Below the pieces are notes generated by a model. It saw only the letters and a list, made by a program, of their open reading frames with translations. It searched no databases and had not been told where the DNA came from. 64,000 bases of DNA from Centroscyllium fabricii. Taxonomy: Eukaryota. The stretch is from contig JBNRSN020000004.1 in the NCBI GenBank assembly GCA_051313645.2, positions 239,754,001-239,818,000 of the forward strand. The letters run 5' to 3'. Of the stretch, positions 1 through 14,029 are shown piece after piece; the stretch's first letter is position 1, and the number at the start of each line of letters is the position of its first letter. A program made the translations under genes and the position numbers.

Positions 1-3000
1 TATTATTTTTGCATCTCGAAATGCAAGTCTGAGATTAAAGTAATGACTATGTGTCACGAAAAGCACAAAAAAAACCCTGATTTTTAATTTTTATTTTCAT
101 TCTTTAATAGAGTGAATGTAATGTCTGTGACGGTTTATGAAATATTGAATCGCTTTGAATTGTATTTTTCGCATGGTCTTACAGCTCAGTTTCCAGTCGT
201 GTCGTGATGCTCTTTAATGGTTTGCCGAAATAATACAGGCCGAAATGTTCTTCAGTATAATCAACGTCGAAGATTTGTCCAGCTCCATCTATTATTCTGA
301 CGTTATTTATGCATCGTATTTGGAATGTGATATGCGTCTCACTTCTTTGTTAATGTGATTTGTTTTCAAATAGTTAATGAATTAGCAGTAAAACTTTAGC
401 TTTGTATTTCTACATGGACGGATCTAAACAGATAAAATAAACGTTTCAATGGTAAATTCGTTCACAGTTGTGTGAAAGCATACTCTTAAAAAACTGAAGC
501 AGCATATTGTGATATGAACTTTGCCCATTCAGCTCAAAGCATTTATTACGTTCTACAATCAGAAAAATATATAACGGCATTCAGAGCCACTGTCATCCAA
601 AGTAATTTACATAACTCATTAATAAAGCATTAGAATGGGTGCTCATGCAATTCGTTAATTGTAGCTTTCATTAAAACACAGTCCACCCCGTCTCTTCTCA
701 GATGCACGCAGTCGCGGTCAGTCTTGTTGACATTTAACACAATTTCAGTATGTCAATGTAATTCCATATGTTCTTTCAGTTGAAAGGGATTCAGTCATTT
801 TTCACATTCTCAGCTTAGTGAGCACACATTCGACGTGTGTGGGTCCTAAATGTTCATCTAGGAGACAACTGCATCACACCACGGCTTGGAATATGCTAAC
901 CTGCCAAAGATTAGGTGCAATTAGAAGACTGCGCTGCTGTGTTGATATGGGTACACCAACTGGGCACTGGACAGATAGAAGGCTTCAGAAAATGTTCCGA
1001 GCTCACCGCACCTGCGCATTCTGAAGTGCCGGCTATTTATTGAAAGATTGACGATTAGAAAGCTGGAAACATGCAGGAAAACAGTTCATGTACTCATGTT
1101 ACAGCTTTTGCTACAGGTTGAGGTGAGTAGGGCGCCTTTTAATGAAGAGAATTCTGAAATTCCGAGCTGTGTTCATCTAGCCAAGTTCAAAGTAAGGCGC
1201 TCTCAAGTTCAAACCCGGCCAGTTCAGGTGAAACTCGGCATCCCTTCTAGCTATTTCAATCTTCATGACTACTTGGCCCAGCTTTTATACTGCAACAGAG
1301 GAGAGGCGCCAGTTAACACAAATGTAACTATTATATGCTTTCGTGAAGTATAACACTGCCGAAAATTACCACTGAACTATTATTGGGTTTACTTAACATA
1401 TTTATTTTTATATTTCATGAGTCCCGCTTTGAAGCACTAAACCTACAGCTGAAACGTTTCTTTGTCGGCAACGGGCACAACTCCAAATTATTTTTTGCCG
1501 TGCATGCCAAGTTCAAACCATTAGATGAACTACTCACCCTCCTCTAACTGGTATTTCGTATAAAAGTGATAATGAATGTTTGATTCAAAATAAAATCGCA
1601 CGTGTAAGACTGAAAAATGTTCAGAGTTGAAACATTGTTCGCGTGTATTTGTAAATGAAACACCAATGATACGACGATTAGACCTAAATTATTCAAAAGG
1701 GAAGTTTCAATATTAATTAATGTCTCATTTATTTAGCCATGCAGTGTTAAAAAAAGCACCGGCTCAGCGTTTTCTTCATGACTTATTAGGCAGCTTGACA
1801 TATTTGGGTTCCAAATTGTGGAATTTATTGAAATAATTGCATAAAGTATATTACGTGAAAGAGTTTCAATAATTTTATTGGGAAAATATGCAGACGTTAA
1901 AAAGAATTCGGAATCAAAGTAGGACATATTTACCATAACAAGACTGAAACATTCCGAATTGCCAATATTATAGATACACGCATTCCTTTTCATCGTATAG
2001 TGCATGATCACAGAGAAAATAAAAAATCTCCGCGCAAATAAGTAAAAAATGCAAAATGCTCATTTATAACTTGCAACCCGTATTAGCTTCAGGTTTCACT
2101 GCCAATCCTTACTAAATACGCGCGATCATGCGAGGGTGTTACTGTGCTCTCCTGGTTTTGATAGGGCACCAAAGAATATTAGGAAAAAAAAGTTTAAAAT
2201 ATTTATTTTGCTTAGTTGTGGGTCACAGAATTCTATGTAGAATGCCTTATTTCAGAGTAATTTTAATAAATCTACTGTGGTTCAACAAAAATTATCATGA
2301 AACAAAACTTTGGCTTAGTTTTCATCTTCAAGTATAATCTGCTCAGAGGCTGTGCCCTATTATTGCTCTACGTGGGCTGATTTAAAAAAAATCTTAAAAC
2401 AATCTTCTTTTATCAATTCAACACATCTTTCTTGAAGTATTTAAATTAACTTTCTGCAGAATTTCCGAGACGCTAGGTATAAAAATGGCCGCCCGTCACC
2501 GTTGTCTTGTCATTGCCAGTGTCACTGAACAAGGGGGCAAAACAACCACACACACAAAAACAACACGGATTTTCGTTAAAAGAGACGTACTCTTCTGAGG
2601 CCAATCATTTACAGTTTAGATTTTTTGGTAATCAGAGAAAAATAAAGTCATTGTAGACCTCTTCCACCAAGAAAAGATTTTATTTTTCAGTTTATTTGAT
2701 TTCACACCATTGACTTAAAATGTGGAATGCTATTGGCTCGAAAATATATGAACGGATATATACGCGCGCAGTTTGTCGGGACAATTTCGGAGTTAGCTTA
2801 TTTTTGAACTAATAACTGCGATGAAGGACTTCCGTTAAAAGGCGCCAGTTACTGTAATAGCTCCAGTTGAAGATGTCATATTATATCTAGGAGGCTAAAT
2901 CAGGAAATATCCACTTCCACTTTTCCATGAAGATACTCTTCTCATTTGCAACGTTTTCCCGTCTAAAATAAAAAGAGACAGATAATGTAGTAATGAGTTA

Positions 3001-6000
3001 AACCATTGCACGGTAGAAAATTAGCTTGGGGTGTAGTATAGCGAAGTGCTTTTGCGGTTGCACGCAATGAAGACATATGGTAAGATAGCAAAAACGTTAT
3101 CCACGGTGATAAGTAACGTGCAATGTAATTCGTGGGAACAAGTGAAGAAGTAATATGAATACAATATCCTGCAAAACCAGTAAAGGCTGGCAGTTTGCAT
3201 ATCGTATTGAATAGCTTGAGGCTAACAACAAAAGTGTACTCACCGTAAAAATAGATATTCATTTTTACCCCGTGGATAGTGATACTTTAACGTTAATGAA
3301 TCCATACACGACGAATTATATTTTCATTCACTGTCCCATTACATTACAATTAATCACAAGTTCGACTTTACAAATGTCGGCAGGGCTCGTCCAAATATTT
3401 ATCTTTTCTTCAAGAGGAACATTGGAATTAAGCCATTTTCATTATAACTTCATTTAAATTTCGGATAGTATAATTCTCATCTTTAAAAGTAGATTTTTTT
3501 TACTTGTGCAGCATTTTCCAAAGTTGAAGTTCAATGTTAAGCAGGCTGTACACCCTTAAACTGCAAAGTCGTCAAATAGCTCAAGTAAAGCCTTTGTCTT
3601 ACCACAATCTTATTTCGGTGTTTGTTTTTATGTTCAAACTTCAACACTAGTGTTTTTAATCCGATGATGTTTCTGACAATAACTGTGTCGAAGCTGCGAA
3701 TTATACATCAGTGTGAAGAAATTCAGCTTCATCCGGGTCCCGTCTCTCCCGTTGAGTTGGACTCCTGCAGGAAAATAGTCTGCGCCGCAATAATTCACTG
3801 ATCCCCTTAAACTTCGACATTTACATTACATTTCATTCACATCAAATATCAACCGAATGTCCGCACTGTGTGCCTGATATGACAACAACAAGGTGGGTAT
3901 ATTTAATTTTTGGAACCATCGCTTTAGCTTTACGTGACTATATTCTTGGAAATGACTACGACCAAAGACTAAAAATGACGACACGAGTTAATTTGGTATA
4001 GAATCTGTAATTACAAGTCAACTGTAAAAGGGCGACACTTACTGCAATAGAAGTGTGATAACTGGGGAATGGACTGAAAATGGCGCAGCTTATAAGGTGG
4101 ATCTTTGCTCATTTTTCGGCTTTTATTTAATCGGAAACGCAATCGCCAGCTTCCCTTTTTCGTTTGGAAGATTATTAAACAGCTGCAACTATGCGTCTGT
4201 TATTCTTTTTGGAGCATTATAGGCAGACGGCGTTAAAACACATAGCGACATACCGACGTAGAATCCATTCTTCTCGCAGAGAAAGGGGCAAGAAACTAGA
4301 TTTTGATCAACATGTAGCAAAGACGCGCAATGTACAGTACTCTTTAAAACTCAGTCGGACCTTTATCAGACAAAGGCCGCGTCCTTGTCTCTTTTTGGGG
4401 ACGCCTGATTGCTCACGTTAACTGGGGATGTCAAGGATTCCATGTAGGTGGCGTCTTCAGCTCACCCCTGGTCAACTGTAATGCCTATTCGGCATCTGGC
4501 GAAGCTGGTTGTCAAAGCTGCTATTAAAACAGCAAGTCAAACTAAACCGCTTTCGGTTTTCATAGGCGCCTTGTATTAAAGTGTATTGTGAAAAACACTG
4601 TACATGTGTCGGAATTTGCCCATTCATACAGCGACAGATCGCACCACTGTCCTGTCGGATTTCCTTTCTTTTTAAACATCGTAAACCTTCAAATTCTACA
4701 TCATACTTAAGTAATTTTGAATACGAAGGTTACTAAATATACCCGATAGCGAGTCAATCCTATTTAGTTTTAAAACCATTGTATGCTATTTGATTCATAT
4801 CTTATTTTTAAACTGTCAAATTTGCTGCCACTCGCACATTTTGACTCCCCTGCATCATCCGTTTCATACAAATCATTGTTTCTAACAAGACTTTAAATAA
4901 AAATGTAGACGTGATGGGTAAATGTAATGAGCAGCGGTTGAACTGCACAAAAATACTTTATATTCAATATTACCAAGCTTTATTATAAAATATGGCGTTT
5001 ATATATAATTATATTAATATTCTCTGTATTTTCAGTATCCAAAATTACTGTGTTATATGCTGGCCATATTTTATAGCGATTGAATTATCCGGTTACGGCA
5101 GGCCAGAAAATGAATAAAATCTGTGATGCAAGCATTTTGCAGACTTTTCATATCGTTGTTGTGCATTTATCATAACGAAACAATTAGAAAAACAAAATTA
5201 AATTGTCATCTTGTAACTAGAATGGTTTCTAGTAAAGAGATTTTTAGAGCATGGAATTTAAATTAAATATAAGGTCTTTCTGGCAAATGTTTATGGCAAA
5301 GGTCCTTTTTCCCAGGAAACCTGTTTGTTTTGGCACTGCGCAGTTGTTTTTGGAACAGCAATAAGCTAATTTGTGACAAATTCTAAGGCAAAGTTTAACT
5401 TCAACTCTTTGCTATAGTCCCATTCTTTTAACAACACCAGGATTCATTGCGCGGCTTTCAAACTCTTAGGCGTGTATTTAAATCTTAGAGATTGTTACAC
5501 GGTGATAGTGTAAAGTATATTTTATTGGACGTTTTTTAATATATCCCTCGCTAAACTAAACTATAAAAAAAAATCTCAATCTGCACTAAATCCGAGTCGG
5601 TTACGTATTCAGTTGTCCTTGTTGACATTTTATAGAATTATGAAAAAAATGTGGCCATGGCCAATGTCAAATAGAACGACGTTCCCTTTAGCCGTTTTTT
5701 TCACGTCTGTGTGTTTCATCCTAAACTTATTTTCAATGACGGCAAGTGTTCTGGCTTGAAATACACATGCACATAAACTCTGTCTGAAATGTGAAATTGT
5801 GCTGCACGTTGGATTTTTTTTAACGCTAATATTTCTCGAAATCCACCTAAACGGAACCCTGATTTATCTATTTTTGCTGATAGGGCGAGGATTTTGTATG
5901 TGTTGGAGTTGAACGTGACCATGCCCGCTTGCCCACAAGCCAGAAGCAGCATAACAATTCTAAGAAAAATATTCTGTTCACCTCCCACATTTGGCAGATT

Positions 6001-6689
6001 TGTACGGATTCATTTTTTATGGGAGAAATAACCTTATATCGATTTGGATACATTCACAAAAACACAGAGAAGCCTACGCCCATGTCGAACTTGTGGACGG
6101 TCTAACTTATCTACCCTACGTCTCTGTGGGGTCTGTGGATGATTGTCCGCCCTCATGGGTTTTTTAAGGGAAGATAGGGAAGATTATTATACACAAAACA
6201 CGATTTAGCCATTTAAAGATTGCCCTCTCACCGTTATGTACTTCGGTAAGGTTTCTTTTAGAGTTTTGATCATTATTTATCCCTAATTTCACAAATTCCG
6301 CACAGGCGAAATAGGTATGTTGCACAGTTTTCTCTCATTAAAATGCTAAGAGAAAGCAAAGGGAATTATTTGACAATAAAATGCCGAATAGCCCCACAAT
6401 ATTCCAGCAGAACAAATATGTAAGAGATAGGTCGAAAATCGCTCTTTCTAGAAAATAAACAGTTTTTGATATATTTCCACTGCGAAAATCGTTAGCAGTT
6501 CTATCCACCTCCACCCTCGTTTCAAGTCAGCTTATTGGAGCGACGTGGAGTAAATGTGCCAAATGCGTCTCTGGTGTGAAGGTTGAACACCTTCACAGTA
6601 TTATTCGAGTTTTCTTTCCCCCCCTTTAGAAATGTGCAGAGCTCAGATGTAAGGAGCTTTGCGCTCCTGGTGCGAGGGGGGAATCCAAA

Positions 6690-6888
6690 GTGATGCATGT
6701 CAATTTCTCCAGGCATCAGGTCACATGACTGGCTTGTCCCTGCGATGTATGGAGATACATTTCCACGTCAGCTTACGTTTCCAAATTTTTACTCCGCGGA
6801 TCAGCTTCAAAGAGGCAGCAGCATCTAAGGACCATGTTTAGCTGTGCGAATGCAAGCTATTCTTGCGCTAGGGGACCCCAAGAAAGCG
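6690..6888 (+). promoter_or_regulatory. HoxA11 proximal promoter / 5' UTR conserved block
   Basis: Directly upstream of the HoxA11 ATG; contains GGTCACATGAC (E-box-like) and TTTCCACGTCAGCTTACG, motifs I recognise from vertebrate HoxA11 promoters. Confidence 0.6.
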
Positions 6889-7498
6889 ATGATGGATTTT
6901 GATGAGCGGGTTTCTTGTGGCTCTAATCTTTATTTGCCTAGCTGCACCTATTATGTCTCGGGTCCGGATTTCTCCAGCCTGCCTTCATTTTTACCCCAAA
7001 CACCGGCTTCTCGCCCCATGACATACTCTTACTCGTCTAATATCCCCCAGGTTCAACCTGTGCGAGAAGTTACCTTCAGAGACTATGCCATCGATCCTTC
7101 CAATAAGTGGCATCACAGGGGCAATCTGCCCCATTGCTATTCCGCAGAGGAGCTGATGCACAGAGAATGTCTGCCTGCCAGCACCATGAGCGAGATGTTA
7201 ATGAAAAATACCGCCAGCGTTTACCACCCCAGCTCCAACGCGTCTTCCAGCTTCTACAACCCGGTGGGGAGGAACGGTGTCCTGCCGCAAGGATTTGATC
7301 AGTTCTTCGAGACTGCCTACGGTTCCAGTGAGAATCAGCAGTCGGAGTATTGCGGGGAGAAGAGCCCAGATAAAGTGCCGTCTGCGGCAACTTCAAGTTC
7401 GGAGACTTCGAGGGTGTCCGTGGAGAAAGAGACGAGCCCCGGGAGCAGCAGCCCGGAATCTTCTTCCGGCAACAATGAGGAAAAAGGCAGCAACTCCA
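6889..7498 (+). CDS. hoxa11: Homeobox protein Hox-A11, exon 1
   Basis: [39 protein letters not shown]...[12 protein letters not shown] is the Hox11 N-terminus. The donor A|GTAGGT at 7498/7499 is phase 1 and matches exon 2. Confidence 0.96.
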
Positions 7499-8696
7499 GT
7501 AGGTAGAATCAGTGCCCACTTATGAGAGAAAGTTTTGCGATCTCGCGCGCTGCTGTTAAATTTTTTATGTGCTGTTTTATAAGCATATAAGGGGGTTTAT
7601 GGATGGCCTGCAGATTTCCCAACAAAACTTTTTTATATAAATGACAGGATCACGTGTTCAGCTCTGAAATTGGCCGTGAAATAACTCCAGCCAATCGCTG
7701 CATTAAAATACTTCCACTAGCACCTCAAAAAGTGAGATTGGGGTTACAAATCTGATCATTTAAGTTATTATGTGTAAATTCAGGAACAATTTGCATTTGG
7801 TTATGGTGATCTTTGCGTGTATTAACACAGCTCAGCAATTCTATAAAACACACGTGTTGACACAGAAACTCTATTTATAGCTTGTATTCAATTCCATAAG
7901 TAACCACTTTAAAACATAATATGGCAACATTACATTTTTAACAGCTGCATAAATACTGGAATACCTTTAGCATGGAGCTTTCCGTCATAAAAATCTTATA
8001 TCAGGACCGGGTGGCCGTATTTTATTTAATAATCACATTTTATAGCTGGTCATCCGATCGGCGCAGTCTTAACGCTGTAATATTACTTCTGAAGGCTGCT
8101 CCATGTCGAGTTTTACAACATGGAATGGCTACATAATAAAGTCCCCTCCCCTAAGGAAGCTCATTCGTGCTTCCTAGTATCGTTTAAAATGATAGTTCAA
8201 GTGCCCCATTCTCCAACCCCTTTTAGTTTGAACACTTCAGATAAAATAAAACTTTGTACATCTTGCATTTCATCCATTTTCTGTCTTTAATGCACTAATA
8301 CTGGAACGGTTCACCTTTCAAAAATATTTATCTTCTAAAAGTTGTAGCTAGTCCCTGGTTACAGGAAGCTCATTTGTAATCTTCATGTATATCGTTCGAA
8401 TGGGAGTACTACAGCTTCAACCTGAGAGTTCCACCAGCACTAGAATAAGTGCAGAGCGAGGCAGCCATCTTTTGTTCCAAAGACCATTCAAAATATGAAA
8501 AACACGCATTAATGCTGTGGCGAACAAGTCTGTACTTCGGGTACTGCTGACAAAGATCGGCGTGTGAAAATCAGGAGCCATGGAGCGTTTTCCTGTGAAT
8601 GTGTTCACAGTAAAGCATATATTAACGCACGAAAAAAATGATGGTTCCTCTCATTTCCAACTCTCAAGGTTTTAACGCCCTGTTTACCTGTTACAG

Positions 8697-8929
8697 GTGG
8701 CCAGCGTACACGCAAAAAGAGGTGTCCTTACACCAAGTACCAGATCAGAGAGCTGGAGAGAGAATTTTTTTTCAGTGTCTATATCAACAAAGAGAAGCGG
8801 CTGCAACTTTCCCGGATGCTCAACTTAACCGACCGGCAAGTTAAAATCTGGTTTCAGAACAGGAGGATGAAGGAAAAGAAATTAAACAGGGACCGCCTTC
8901 AATATTACACTACGAATCCATTGCTCTGA
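8697..8929 (+). CDS. hoxa11: Homeobox protein Hox-A11, exon 2 (homeodomain)
   Basis: Acceptor TTACAG| then (S)[76 protein letters not shown]. Spliced CDS is 843 nt (280 aa). This frame is missed by the ORF track. Confidence 0.97.
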
Positions 8930-9150
8930 GATTAGACTGAGATTACAAAGAGTCATTTCTCCTTCTTAACTTCTCCTTCCACGAAGAATCCGGCCAGGGC
9001 AGAAAGCAGAGGTAACAAAAACTCAAGTTCGAGTTTGGGAGCAGACACTTTAGTACAGCTCTAGCGGGCCGGACAACTTTGCAAAACTAATTGGGACGTC
9101 TAGTTTCAACTTTAAAAAGTAACTGGAATTAATGTTCATCGTTGATTTCG

Positions 9151-9175
9151 CACACACACACACACACACACACAC
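9151..9175 (+). repeat. (CA)n microsatellite in HoxA11 3' UTR
   Basis: Perfect CA run of 25 nt. Confidence 0.95.
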
Positions 9176-12100
9176 TTATATTCTCACTTGTGTTGTCTAT
9201 ATGCTTTGTACAAAGGGTGTCTCTAGAGATTAATGTTGAGATGCCAAGGTGAATGCTTGGATTTAGTTCAGCGAAACCATTTTTTTTTAATTCGAAGAAG
9301 AATGCAGCTTCTATACGAATACGGACCTGTGTATTGGAGCCCGAGGAGAAAGAGTTGACTGTGGTGGACCAGCTGCAATATAAAAATATTTTTAAAATTA
9401 AACTAATAAAATGTGCGCATGCTTTAGATTAGGAAGCTTTCAGTGGTTCTCACTCCCAATCACAACTATTGGATATATTTTTTTTATCTTCAGTTACAAG
9501 GAGTAGCAACCAACCTCGTTCTTTTGTAACTGAACCTTCCGTAAGGAGGTGAATTAGCTCGACAATTCTCTAAACAATGCCTGCTCATCGCTGCTTAGAA
9601 TACTGAAACTTGTGTATATGAAAGGCGGATTAAAACCGACAAAATACAAAATAAACACTTTTGTTTCTATAAATAACAATGAGTAGTGCCCCCACTACCC
9701 TAAACGGAGAGCATGCGTGTAAATATCCAATCTGGAATTCATAGTAAAAAAGCGGTTGCTAATGGGAATCGAAGGCGTTTTAGTGTCAAATTTATATTCG
9801 CCACCAAAATACGCAAGTGTAATTAAATTCTGGTTAAAATGTAAAGTTATGTACCTTTTTAGCCGTGGGGCTCTATATATAAACCGTTTAGCTTGGAGTA
9901 ATAAGATTTTCGAAAACAGGCTATTCTATGCTTGCTGAAGCAATCCGTTGGTGTTTATTTGTACTTGACACATTGTGCGTCGTAATTTGCCAATGCCGTT
10001 TTTACTTTTTACTTTTCAAAGGGAAGAGATGCTACCCGTGATGGCATACTTGAGCACAAAGTATTGTAAATATATCGCTCTTTTGGTACAATATGAATGT
10101 GTATTGACAGTTTTAAATAGGAATAGGGTTTAAAAGCTGCTGCTCATGCATCTATTATTTTCACGGATTCCTCCAAAAGATGACAAGTCTGCAGTACTTA
10201 CAATATTGAAGCCATCTTTATCCGTGTGAACCAAAGACAGAAAATTATTTTCATTAAACACATACGTGTTTTATTGCACAATGGTAACATTTCCTGTACA
10301 TTCGCCGTATAAGCTTTTTATAGGCCGATATACCCATAGGCCATATTGTACAAATATCGCCTACACGTTACCTGATAACATATACCAGCCTTTAAGAACA
10401 GTTTTGTTTATTATACCAATTTAATTTAAAGTTTCGTTGTGGTCTGTATCACTGCCATCATTAAAGTAGATGATTTTATTGTACTTTCTCATAAAACGAC
10501 AGATGACAGTGGTCGATTATTTGCCGTTACTTTCTTTGGTTATTCTAGTTTAATTTGCAAAACACTGAAATGTATTAAAAGGCTGGAATATGCACCACAG
10601 AACGTGGTGTTTTTTTTACATTAAGCATTTAGATTCTGAAAAGAAATGAAAGTTCTTTTAAGAGCAAGTCTTAATCAAATGCTGTTAAATTAAATGTGAT
10701 ATCAACATTTGCTTAACATTTGTATATAATTTCTATTTATCGAGTTGACTAAAGGGTGTAAGATTTGCATGTACACGTTCAGAGAGCGCACAATGGGATT
10801 CAAGGTCGAAAAAGTAGCTAAAAGTGCTTTTTCTTGATGGCGATCAATGGAGGCTTCTTGAACTTTGTCGGGTATTCAAGACGAAAACTAAAACACCTGC
10901 AAAGTACTGTATTATTGTGCGTTTCATGTACGTAATAAACAATCATTAAAGCTGGATAACATTCCATATCATCCTACATACATTAGTATGTTTTTCTTTG
11001 GTTTGTTTTCTGGAAACCTATAAATTCAAATCAAATTTTGGACAATGCCACTTCAATTAGCTTTCTCATGGCACAGATCAATGTCATGCCACACAACTTG
11101 TGTTGCTCACACAGACAGAATCGGTTGAAATGCAGGAATTCGAATTAGTTTAAACTCAGATCATTTTGTATACACAAAAACTGACTGTAATTTGGATAAT
11201 ATTGCGAATCTAAGCTTTCCGATTGGCAAACATTCAACTGCGATTGCCTGGATCTTTAGTGACCTACTTTAGAAGTGATTGCAATACCATTCATTTGTAT
11301 TACAATATTTTTAATGTCGGTTTGCATTCTTTTTTCTTGCTTGTTTCCTGGCTTTGAACTTCTGTTGCGCCATGGACGTCACCTCTAACCTTGGGGATGA
11401 AGGGATAATCAGCCCTGAAGCTTCCATACACTGGTTAGACTCCCGCCGGAGGTGACGGGAGCCCGATACAAATTATAAGAGATTGATCAAGAGGACTGCA
11501 AAGTTCCTAGCGAGTCATGATCTAGTATCACGGAAGTTTAATGTTGCGTGTGAGGTTGTTTTAATAATGAATGATACTAGCTGTGATTAAAGATATGAGC
11601 GTAGCACTTAGCTCTACGGAAGAGGGAGTTGAGACCAGCGTTGTATCAGATTAAGGGGCTGTGGCATTCAAGGCAAATGACAAGGGATCGTCTCTGTTGC
11701 TGTGGTTACTAACAGCAGGATAAGTCATAAAGCCTACTTAATGTGGCTATCTGCATATTTCCAAGATTACTGCAATAGATTTAGAATTGCAAATGCGGGG
11801 AACGTAATCAAATAATTCGATTTTAGCTGTTCTTACATTCTAGATATCTTTTTGCGTTCGTTGTAGGTTTTTGTGCTACCGCAGCTGTGACAATGAATTC
11901 TTTTAATAAGACGTTCAGTCCACATGGTGGCGCAATTTAGATCAATGTCAAAGCCGCTGTAGGGCAGCAAAAACCTATAAGGAAAAATACTTTGTCCATC
12001 GCTATTCCAAAGCAAGGCTTCCAAAAGAATTATGTTCCTTACTTAAAGTCGAATTGAATGCTGCAGAACTTCGAGAGATAAATTAAATCCAATACGTTCG

Positions 12101-14010
12101 GAATGTTCGAAAAAAGAGCTTCCAAATAACTGTTTTGCTAACAAAAGGTAGGTGATCAGACTCCATGTAGATACGACATGCACGTTTTTTCGACCAAAAT
12201 CCATATATTAGTTTACAGACTCTTCAACCCACTTATCAAATGCTACTACACCATTAGCAACGAAAAACCACAGATATTATGTTACAGTTAATGTAATAAT
12301 TAAAGACGGAAAGGCTGAAAGTTCCTTTTCAAATTGCTTTTATTTCGTCCGAAAAAAACGCTGGGAAAGGGGAAGTGCACGGGTTTCATTTCAAACACAG
12401 CAGAGTTTAATTGCATTTTGAAAAATGGATAGACAATACTGTAAACTTGACGATTACATAATACACTTACCATAAACATTTTACAACAGTAACAATATAA
12501 AACGTACACTGTCAGATTTGCTGGTTAGGAAGGAAAGGTTTAATTCTGGAATGAGGCTTTTCCGTTATCTTTCTTTTAATTATTGTATTTATTTCTGTTG
12601 TTGCATGATTGCTCTTTTATAAAGTATCAGCATAATACTATCAAAACGCCAACAGATATGTTCTTATAATTTGATCTGCAATATTAAATTTGATTTGTTT
12701 CTCAACAACCGGGACATTTTGTATTTTTAGAATTCTAACCGCGAAATGACCATTTGTATTATTCAAAGCCACAGCCAAAGTTCAAATGTGTTCAACCGCT
12801 GATCTTGGGTTTTGCGTTGAAGCTGCAGCACATTTCTGCAACTTGTGCACTGCCTGGTCCTGTGTGATTCTCAGTTATACAAAAAGGAAGGAATATTTGT
12901 TTCTCCTTTAAAAATATTCAACTGTTCATTTACTTAAAATAATCCATTCTCACTGTTTTATCTGTTCTTACATAGTGATTGAAAGTTAAAACTTCAACGG
13001 ATTCGTGCCTTGATTTACTAACTTGATAGTTTTGTCATGCCGGGTAGTATATGCCTTAGCCGGGTAGTATTGTTTCTCTACAGTTAATAGTTAACTTTTA
13101 CATTTCAAAGAAACATTGTAATTTGTTGCAATGTTTCTATTTCCCGCACTATACAATTTTAAACGGTTAAGGCAGAAATGAATGCGATCTGTATTTCCAG
13201 ACTATTTCCAGACTATTTGCCTACATATTTTTGCCATCCACTAAACATGTTGTGATTTTTAATATAGACAGCTAATTTAAAAAGGCATTAAAATAAAAAT
13301 AGGCAGCAGTAAAGCAACTGGATACAACTGGATACAAAGTAATTTAACATTTAATCAAACTTAATAATTTCAATTCAGAATTTATTAACTAAACTAAAAT
13401 TAATCGCACGATTTTTGTGGCATTTTGAACTAAATTTCATATGAGCACTATACTTGCTGATCTTAATTGTATCAGCGGGAAAACAGAGACCAAATTTGTT
13501 TTGTACTACATTTCTTTCGGTAACGCTTCCCTATAATAATCGGGTTGGCTAAACATTGCATAAACATACTATTTGCGACAACTATTACTGCGTTAAATTC
13601 TTGTGGTATATGGATTCGAAGAAAATTCGTGGAAAATGTGCGTGCGTGTATATATGTGCAAGTTTACGTGACTGCTTATCTAGTAAAAGGTTTGGTAAAA
13701 AAAAATGTTATGCGTGAATTACGGTCTAGTTTTAATCTAATGGTTTGGTTTGACTAAATTGCAAATTACTTAGTTTCCATACCCGAATAATGCTGCGAAC
13801 CTATATATGCAATATTATTTCTCCCTCTCAACGTATTCCTTTGTTTGAGACGATAGGACAAAAATGACAACTTCCAATTATTACGTGCTTATTATGTTAA
13901 TGAAGTGTTACCTAGTATTCGATGCATGTCATGAAGTACATTCCTATCACGAATCAGTGCAACTTCAATATTTTATGCACATGAGTTAGAAGCTGAGACA
14001 ACGTTAGGCC

Positions 14011-14029
14011 ACAGCGCCCTCTGGGTCTA
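14011..14029 (-). promoter_or_regulatory. Candidate CTCF site between HoxA11 and HoxA10
   Basis: Minus strand reads TAGACCCAGAGGGCGCTGT, matching the CTCF core (CAGnGGGCGCT) with a weaker 5' part. Confidence 0.5.

Noticed and set aside
1184-1231. Repeated AGTTCA half-sites as a possible RARE
   Set aside because: Spacings of 16 and 9 nt do not fit DR1, DR2 or DR5.
4440-4455. CCATGTAGGTGGCGTC as a CTCF site
   Set aside because: The 3' half matches but the 5' core is misaligned; too weak without a PWM score.
818-6716. Short 60-100 aa ORFs in the HoxA13-HoxA11 interval and other intergenic regions
   Set aside because: Compositionally random, many with non-ATG starts, no domains and no exon structure.
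7501-7508. Alternative HoxA11 donor AG|GTAGAA at 7502/7503
   Set aside because: Wrong phase for exon 2; the donor at 7498/7499 restores the SGQRTRKK frame.
7076-7519. 147-aa antisense ORF over HoxA11 exon 1, and similar antisense or off-frame ORFs over the other Hox exons
   Set aside because: Shadow ORFs of GC-richer coding DNA with no recognisable protein features.
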